The notes beneath the pieces are model-generated. The model saw nothing but the letters and a program-made list of their open reading frames with translations, was not told the origin of the DNA and ran no database searches. The position numbers and the translations under genes were made by a program. Shown in pieces: positions 57,780-64,000 of a stretch of 64,000 nucleotides of DNA (position 1 is the first letter of the stretch; each line of letters starts with the position of its first letter). The DNA comes from Promethearchaeota archaeon (GTDB lineage Archaea; Asgardarchaeota; Lokiarchaeia; Sigyniarchaeales; SOKP01), in NCBI GenBank assembly GCA_030599585.1, contig JAUVNS010000004.1, positions 96,001-160,000 of the forward strand, written 5' to 3'.

Positions 57780-58094
57780 TAGAGATTAATTAATAATTTG
57801 TAGTCCGATGTTTGTGATAAAGCTATTTCAATAGTATATATTTTTGATGGTAGGCATCAAGTGGTAAAATAGGAACATTAAAAAGTAAAAATGGGCGTTT
57901 CTTAACCCGTTTAGGTGATAAATTATCCCCCCAAAATGGCACCTTTCTGAGAAAAATTTTATCTAATTACCACCTAATGGATTTTTTCCAAATTTTTGAT
58001 TTTTGGTATTTAAATAAATTTCGTAAAAGATCTTCCTATTTTTAATCCAAAAAGGTTTGAAATTGCATGTTAGGAAAATTAAAATTACATAAAA

Positions 58095-59039
58095 CTAAGC
58101 TGTATTTCCACTTATTTCTTTTACTTTATCTTCTAGATACTTATTCCTCCATGTTGGAAAGATTTTTCCTCCAATTCCAATATTTATTGAAATTGATTCG
58201 AAATCGTCTGAATTGAGTGAAGTTTGAATATCCTGTAATTCTTTCATTGAGTCAACCCAAATACAAATGATAATAGTATTCGGTAGGGTACTAAATGTCC
58301 ACGTGAATAATATTTTTTGACCATACTTACTGCGCAAAGTTTCAATAATTTTCGTTTTATCAACCTTAATACTTGGTTTAATAGTTAATATTACCATCAC
58401 CGTGACCTCTGAGCATTTATCGGGATACCAATGTATTGAGAAATCAATAAGATGATTTTCAATTAGCCTATCTAAATGACGTCTAACAGTTTTAGTTGAA
58501 ACCCCAACTTCTTCTGCAATTTCTACTATCGTTTTTCTTGAATTGTCTTTTAGCGCATTTACAATTAAAAAATCGGTAGTTGAGAGATTAATTTTTCTTG
58601 TCATATCTACTTCTGTTCCCAGCGGCATAGGGGAGCTATCTAATCCCACTTTAAGTTCAGGAATCTCAGCCGTTTGTTTAACAAATGAAACTAGGGGTTC
58701 CAAATCGCTTAAATTTCGTAAATATGCATGGATAATAAATAAATTACCACTATGTTGAGAAACTGTGTAAATATTTTCATTTACCCCTAATTTTTCAATC
58801 AAGTCTTCAACATGTTTTGCCTTAGAGGTTCCAAACATAACTACGTTTGAAGGAATTGGCTTGAAAACCCTAAAACTTAGAGTAGTTACGAATTTATCAA
58901 GTATTCCTAAATTTACCATTGTTTTAACTCGTTTATGGATAGAATTAACGCTCATTTTGAAGGATTCAGCAAGTTCTCGATATGGAGTCCTAGAATTCCA
59001 GACAAGCATCAAACATATGGTAAAATCAATTTCATCCAT
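58095..59039 (-). CDS. Tandem (double) Lrp/AsnC-family regulator
   Basis: Two HTH-RAM units (D.ID...NSRTPYRELA; TDFLIVNALKDNSRKTIVEIA). Confidence 0.85.
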   Translation of the reverse strand: MDEIDFTICLMLVWNSRTPYRELAESFKMSVNSIHKRVKTMVNLGILDKFVTTLSFRVFKPIPSNVVMFGTSKAKHVEDLIEKLGVNENIYTVSQHSGNLFIIHAYLRNLSDLEPLVSFVKQTAEIPELKVGLDSSPMPLGTEVDMTRKINLSTTDFLIVNALKDNSRKTIVEIAEEVGVSTKTVRRHLDRLIENHLIDFSIHWYPDKCSEVTVMVILTIKPSIKVDKTKIIETLRSKYGQKILFTWTFSTLPNTIIICIWVDSMKELQDIQTSLNSDDFESISINIGIGGKIFPTWRNKYLEDKVKEISGNTA

Positions 59040-59281
59040 AGTATTATATTTCTCTAATTTCTTACCGTTAAATAAAAATTCGATTATACTTCACATTATA
59101 CAAAATTAGAAGTATTTCAAATATGATTAAACGAGATAATTAATTATGCCTCTAATAAGAATATTTATGCAAATTTAGCGTGATTTATTGAGGGTTTAAC
59201 TTCTATTTTATAATCACTTAAATGTGGTAATTATAAGGATTAAATACAAAAAGAGCACATTATTTAGTATGAGGATACATT

Positions 59282-60256
59282 ATGGGAAAAAAAAATCACC
59301 CTGAAGCCTTTCAAGGAAATTTGAAGAAGAATTATTATTATGAAGGTTGGTATAATAAAATCATAGATAAAAATCAAGACTTCATTTATGCTTTTATTCC
59401 AACTATCGCCATTAATAAGAAAAAAAACAATTCTCACGCATTTATACAGATTTTAGATGGAAAAACAGGAAATACTAATTATGTCAAATACGAATTAGCT
59501 CAATTTGAAAACTTCGCACTGGATGACTATGATATTAGAATTGGAAACAATTTCTTTTCATCTAAAGGTTTCAAATTAAATATCAATCAAGACCAAACTA
59601 AAATTAAAGGGTTTGTTGAGTATATTAAGCCTGTACTATGGCCTAAAACATTTTTTCAACCAGGAATAATGGGTATTTTAACATTTTTTCCCTTTCTCGA
59701 GACATATCACTCCATTGTAAGCATGAATCATAGCCTTAAAGGCTCTATTGATTTTAATGGTGAAATTATTGACTTTAACGGCGGTAAAGGGTATTTAGAA
59801 AAAGATTGGGGGACTTCGTTCCCAAAAGCATATATTTGGGCTCAAACTAACCATTTTTTAAGTCCTGAATTATCTTTTATATTATCAATAGCGCTAGTTC
59901 CCCTTTTTAAGATAAGAGTTAAAGGTTTTTTTTGTGTAATTTGGTACAAAGGAACTTTTTATAAATTTGCCACTTACACAGGTGCGAAAATTAGCCTACT
60001 TGAAACAACTTCTGAAAGGATTAAAATTAAGATAGAGGATAGAAAATTATCGTTACTTATCTTAATTAATAAGAAAAATATAAGATTTAGTAAGCTTAAA
60101 GCGCCTTTTTCAGGAGCAATGTCAACTGAAATATCTGAAACTATGAATTCTAAAATTAGAATAAAACTTCACGATAAAAAAAATAATGAATTGATATTGA
60201 AAGATACGGGAAAATACGCTGGATTAGATCTTAGCAACATCGAATTACTTCTTTAG
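59282..60256 (+). CDS. Tocopherol cyclase-family protein
   Basis: YYEGWYNK, AFIQ, GIMG...PF.E.YH..VSM.H, GYLEKDWGTSFPKAYIWAQ. Confidence 0.82.
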   Translation: MGKKNHPEAFQGNLKKNYYYEGWYNKIIDKNQDFIYAFIPTIAINKKKNNSHAFIQILDGKTGNTNYVKYELAQFENFALDDYDIRIGNNFFSSKGFKLNINQDQTKIKGFVEYIKPVLWPKTFFQPGIMGILTFFPFLETYHSIVSMNHSLKGSIDFNGEIIDFNGGKGYLEKDWGTSFPKAYIWAQTNHFLSPELSFILSIALVPLFKIRVKGFFCVIWYKGTFYKFATYTGAKISLLETTSERIKIKIEDRKLSLLILINKKNIRFSKLKAPFSGAMSTEISETMNSKIRIKLHDKKNNELILKDTGKYAGLDLSNIELLL

Positions 60257-60268
60257 TTAATGTGACTT

Positions 60269-60994
60269 CTATTTATCCATTTTTTCTGACAAAGTTTTTT
60301 TTGAAAATAACCTCTTCTTTAAGGTTACCATTGATGTATCTTCATCATATTCTAAGACATCGATCTTTGCTAATTCGTGGACTGCTCTTAAAACCATAGC
60401 TCCTGCAATACCCGTCGTGTTCTTGATTTCTTCTCTGGACATTTTTTCTTTTTCTCCATGAAGACTAAGCAGTATGCGATAATGCGGTTGTCCTTGCCAA
60501 ATCTCCGAAATTAAAAGTTGTGTAATTGATAATAATGCTTTAATCCTCTCAAAATCAAATTCTGAATCTTGACTCTCTTCTGCTACTTTTGCTAACTTTT
60601 TCAATTCCACCTTTAAACTTGAGTATTCCTTTAATAACCGCTTTTGTTCTTCTGTCAATGAGCCGATTTTCTGGTCTCTCTCTAGTTTTTCTTGTTCAAG
60701 TTTCTTAGTTTCTTCTTCTAGTTTTTTCTTATCGCTTTCTAAACTAGCTTTTTCAAGTTCAAGTTGTGATTTATCGGCTTCCAGCGTCTTAGTGGCTTGC
60801 TCAAGCTGCAGTTTTTCACCTTCAAGTAACTTTTTGTCCATGCTGAGTTGTTCCCTATCTTTTTCAAGCACAAGTAATTCCGTTTTAGCTGTTTCTAAAA
60901 CGTCTATAAATTGTTTAAAATTATCTTCAACAGATCGTAAGGAGCTTTCAATTATTTCTGTAGCACTTTTTTTTTCCGACATTAGATTACACAA
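60269..60994 (-). CDS. Coiled-coil protein with C-terminal winged helix
   Basis: LExxKxx heptads, then PHYRILL.LHG...MSREEI..TGI. Confidence 0.7.
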   Translation of the reverse strand: MCNLMSEKKSATEIIESSLRSVEDNFKQFIDVLETAKTELLVLEKDREQLSMDKKLLEGEKLQLEQATKTLEADKSQLELEKASLESDKKKLEEETKKLEQEKLERDQKIGSLTEEQKRLLKEYSSLKVELKKLAKVAEESQDSEFDFERIKALLSITQLLISEIWQGQPHYRILLSLHGEKEKMSREEIKNTTGIAGAMVLRAVHELAKIDVLEYDEDTSMVTLKKRLFSKKTLSEKMDK

Positions 60995-61138
60995 TAATGA
61001 TTTTAATTAATAATTATAAGTCAAATTAAAATATATAAGTTAGATCTAGTATAAAATAATATAGAAAAATATTAAACTCCTAATTATCCTCAAAAAAGTT
61101 CAATTTCACGATAATTAAAACAAGAAATGTAATTAGTC

Positions 61139-62875
61139 ATGGAGAGTCTAGTAGACAAGAAAGATTTGCGGTTCTATAAAAGAATGATAATATTTATCAT
61201 TCTGTTAGTAATTTCTCTTTCCTATTTAGCTTATGATAGATCCGTAAGTTATACTAAATATGAAAGGATCGACTTTCAATCTTCAGACGCGATTTTGTAT
61301 GCCAATTTATATTTTCCATCCAAGAGTTTGGAATTTCAAGAAAAAAGACCTTTATTAATTTATTGCCACGGAATTGGTAGTCAAAGAGATTTTGATTTAA
61401 GGATTCCAATCGAGTTTTCTAAAAGGGGTTTTTATGTAGCGGCTTTGGATTACCAAGGCCACGGAGAGAGCGGTGGAAATATCTTAGATGTTGATCCAAT
61501 CACTGATAAACCTGCTCTTGCTCAAGACTGTTCAAACCTTTTAGATAAACTTGAGACATTATCTTTTTATTCAAATGTAAATACTTCTCAGATTGGCTTG
61601 ATTGGACATTCTTTAGGAGGATTTGTGGTTCTTATGAATCAAGCGTTAGATCCTCGATTCAATATTACAGTTGCTTGGGCTCCTTTAGTCAATTTTGATC
61701 CCAACCATATCCGTGTCATTCAACCAGGATACGAACAATACATCCCTGCTAATCTTCTTAATAAAACTAACACTAATAATTTGTTGGTTATAATGCATGT
61801 TGACGACGAGGTATTAGATTACGCAGACCAAGCATTAGTTGCTCAAAATTTAACTGATTGTGCAGTAATTCCTATAACGGGACCACTGTTTGGAGGTGGT
61901 CACCAATTATTCTCGGATGTTGTTATTGTCGAATCAATCAAATGGTTTGAATTAAATTTTTTTAAATCAATTTCAATTAACGGACCTATTAACATAACCT
62001 TTATTGTAAATTACATTGTGCTATTTATCACTCTAATTTTACTAGTGTTCATCGTACTTTCTTTAATTTCTTACACCTCCCAATTTATTCCATATAAAAA
62101 GGAAAGCCCTCCTATCGAAATCGTTAGAAAGGTAACGACATTATCAAAGATTAAAGACAAAGCGATAACAACTAAACAAATCTTAAAAATTGTGCTCTAT
62201 ACAACTATTTTTCTTCTTAATTGGGAGATTTTTGAAAGAGTTTTTGGCTTAGTAGGTATTTTTTTAGCTTCGCTTAATATTACAGTAATATATTTTACTG
62301 TGAAGATAATACTCTACTTGCGAAAATTAAAGGAAGATGAAGTGAAATTTGATCTAAACCAGATTAAAATTTTACTCAAATCAGAGTTCCAGTTAAAATA
62401 TGTATTATACGTAATTCTGTGTAATTTCTATTTTATTGTAATATATCTAATCTTCAGCTATTTCTATCCATTTGCATTTATGTGGCCTTCCAATTTTTTT
62501 AACACAGTTCTAGCTGCTGGTGTCTCCTTTCCTGTATATTTCTCTCTTGAACTTTTGTATAGAAAAGCTATATATCCACAACTTAGATTCTTAAAAGAGG
62601 AACGCAAAAAAACAAGGTGGATGGTAATTATAGTTGTGCTCGTAAATATCAATTTGATGACACTAACATGGACTTGGGCATTCTTCCCCTCTGTTTTATT
62701 TATGTACTTAATATTCCTATATGCAACTATTCAGAATACATTAATTTATGAAAATACTCAACGATTTAGCACTGTAATAATAAGCTCCTTTGCTTTAATT
62801 CAGATTTTCTTCGCTGCCGTAGTCTCTAACGCGTTAGGTATTGGTTCTGCATTACAGTTATTTGTTCAACTATAA
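61139..62875 (+). CDS. Membrane-bound alpha/beta hydrolase
   Basis: HGIG, DYQGHGES, GHSLGG nucleophile, D and H of the triad, and a C-terminal multi-TM domain. Confidence 0.88.
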   Translation: MESLVDKKDLRFYKRMIIFIILLVISLSYLAYDRSVSYTKYERIDFQSSDAILYANLYFPSKSLEFQEKRPLLIYCHGIGSQRDFDLRIPIEFSKRGFYVAALDYQGHGESGGNILDVDPITDKPALAQDCSNLLDKLETLSFYSNVNTSQIGLIGHSLGGFVVLMNQALDPRFNITVAWAPLVNFDPNHIRVIQPGYEQYIPANLLNKTNTNNLLVIMHVDDEVLDYADQALVAQNLTDCAVIPITGPLFGGGHQLFSDVVIVESIKWFELNFFKSISINGPINITFIVNYIVLFITLILLVFIVLSLISYTSQFIPYKKESPPIEIVRKVTTLSKIKDKAITTKQILKIVLYTTIFLLNWEIFERVFGLVGIFLASLNITVIYFTVKIILYLRKLKEDEVKFDLNQIKILLKSEFQLKYVLYVILCNFYFIVIYLIFSYFYPFAFMWPSNFFNTVLAAGVSFPVYFSLELLYRKAIYPQLRFLKEERKKTRWMVIIVVLVNINLMTLTWTWAFFPSVLFMYLIFLYATIQNTLIYENTQRFSTVIISSFALIQIFFAAVVSNALGIGSALQLFVQL

Positions 62876-63018
62876 AGAAGTAAAAATTAAATTTATGTTT
62901 TTTTTTCATTTGGGTTTCATTACCAAATCCTTAATTAAGTATTAGTAATTACTATAAAACAATTTTTATACAATTTTAAAATAAATATTCTATAAACCTT
63001 TTTACAACGGATTTCAAA

Positions 63019-64000
63019 ATGTCTGTGAAAGAACAATCCAATGGTTTATCTACAAAAAAGAGAAGACTTATATTCGGGGTTTCAATTCCTGTTTTCTTAA
63101 TGGGATTAGTATCCTTATTTACCGATATTTCTAGCGAAAGTATTCAAAGTATTTTACCATTGTTCATACTTGACATTGGGGGAAGCGTTCTGGCACTCGG
63201 AATAATCTCCGGAATTACCAATGCTATAGCAAATATCCTCAAAGGGATAACTGGATGGATGAGCGATAAAATTAACAAAAGAAAACCCTTTATAGTAGCA
63301 GGATATACATTGTCAAATCTTTCAAAACCAATAATTGGCTTGAGCCCCTCATGGGAAATGGTATTAGGTCTTAAAACAACAGATCGTATAGGTAAAGGTC
63401 TAAGAACTTCTTCGCGAGATGCTTTGATTTCTTATTACGCTGAGAAAAAAGGAAGAGCATTTGGCTTACATCGTGCTATGGATACTTTAGGTGCGGTTTT
63501 CGGATCTCTACTAGCTTTTATCCTTTTGTATTTTGCATGGACTTACTCGCAAATAATATTTTTCTCGATAATTCCTGGATTAATTGCTATTGCTCTTATT
63601 CTTCCCGTTAAGGATATTTCTTCCCGTGAATTAGTTAAAAAGTCAGAAAAGAAAAGCAAAAAAGAAAAAATGGAAAAGATAGATAAAAATTTTATAAAGC
63701 TAATTGTTATTCTAGGAGTAATTGAATTCGCAAGTTTAGATGTTGTGTTTTTAATACTTAGGGCGGCAGATTATATTCCCATAGACTTAATTTTTCTTAT
63801 ACCCATCTTTTATTTAATCCTAAACTTGGTCTATACCATTTTTTCCCCTATAAACGGTTCTCTCTCTGATAAGATTGGAAGAAAACCTATAATTGTTGTG
63901 GGATTGTCGATATTGCTAATATCATGTGTAATATTAGCGTTCCCCATTCAAGTTTCGCCATTTTCAATAGTGTTAATTATTATAATTTATATCATGCACG
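63019..64000 (+). CDS. MFS transporter, 3'-truncated by the window edge and absent from the ORF track
   Basis: ATG at 63019: MSVKEQ...SLFTDISSE...GWMSDKINKRK...DRIGKGLRTSSRDALI...AFGLHRAMDTLGA. Confidence 0.9.
   Translation, partial: MSVKEQSNGLSTKKRRLIFGVSIPVFLMGLVSLFTDISSESIQSILPLFILDIGGSVLALGIISGITNAIANILKGITGWMSDKINKRKPFIVAGYTLSNLSKPIIGLSPSWEMVLGLKTTDRIGKGLRTSSRDALISYYAEKKGRAFGLHRAMDTLGAVFGSLLAFILLYFAWTYSQIIFFSIIPGLIAIALILPVKDISSRELVKKSEKKSKKEKMEKIDKNFIKLIVILGVIEFASLDVVFLILRAADYIPIDLIFLIPIFYLILNLVYTIFSPINGSLSDKIGRKPIIVVGLSILLISCVILAFPIQVSPFSIVLIIIIYIMH

Noticed and set aside
1-64000. CRISPR arrays, tRNA/rRNA genes, IS elements, integrases, inteins
   Set aside because: No repeat-spacer periodicity, cloverleaf or rRNA-like GC-rich segments, transposase or integrase motifs, or intein termini were recognised by eye.

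Overview
AT-rich archaeal chromosomal window, most consistent with an Asgard archaeon (Lokiarchaeia/Promethearchaeota-like). That assignment is inferred from archaeal CdhA, ThyA and TFB, a DnaK operon, a small GTPase, an Smc5/6-like SMC with kleisin and kite partners, and a eukaryote-type SECIS-like hairpin. No rRNA, tRNA, CRISPR array or transposase was recognised. Most of the window is housekeeping or metabolic: cdhA, thyA, maf, RimK-type ligase, Liv-type ABC system with an acyl-CoA ligase, AOR, pyk and grpE-dnaK-dnaJ-tfb. The most striking region is a metal(loid) island at about 16.0-21.4 kb. It carries a Cys-rich DUF2769-like gene, arsR and acr3, then a SAM-methyltransferase fused to an HgcA-like corrinoid/membrane protein, an HgcB-like ferredoxin and a Cys-Cys-rich chaperone-like protein. 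It ends in a mis-called ORF with an ATT start, two tandem in-frame UGA codons and a SECIS-like hairpin about 130 nt downstream, which makes it a candidate new selenoprotein. Other highlights are an Smc5/6-like operon whose SMC appears to start at ACG and is led by a catalytically dead AAA+ protein, a BpsA-SpeD fusion, a PadR-controlled BtrH/UvrA-class-II operon with visible operators, and several microproteins missed by the ORF track. All family assignments come from motif recognition by eye, not from database searches.
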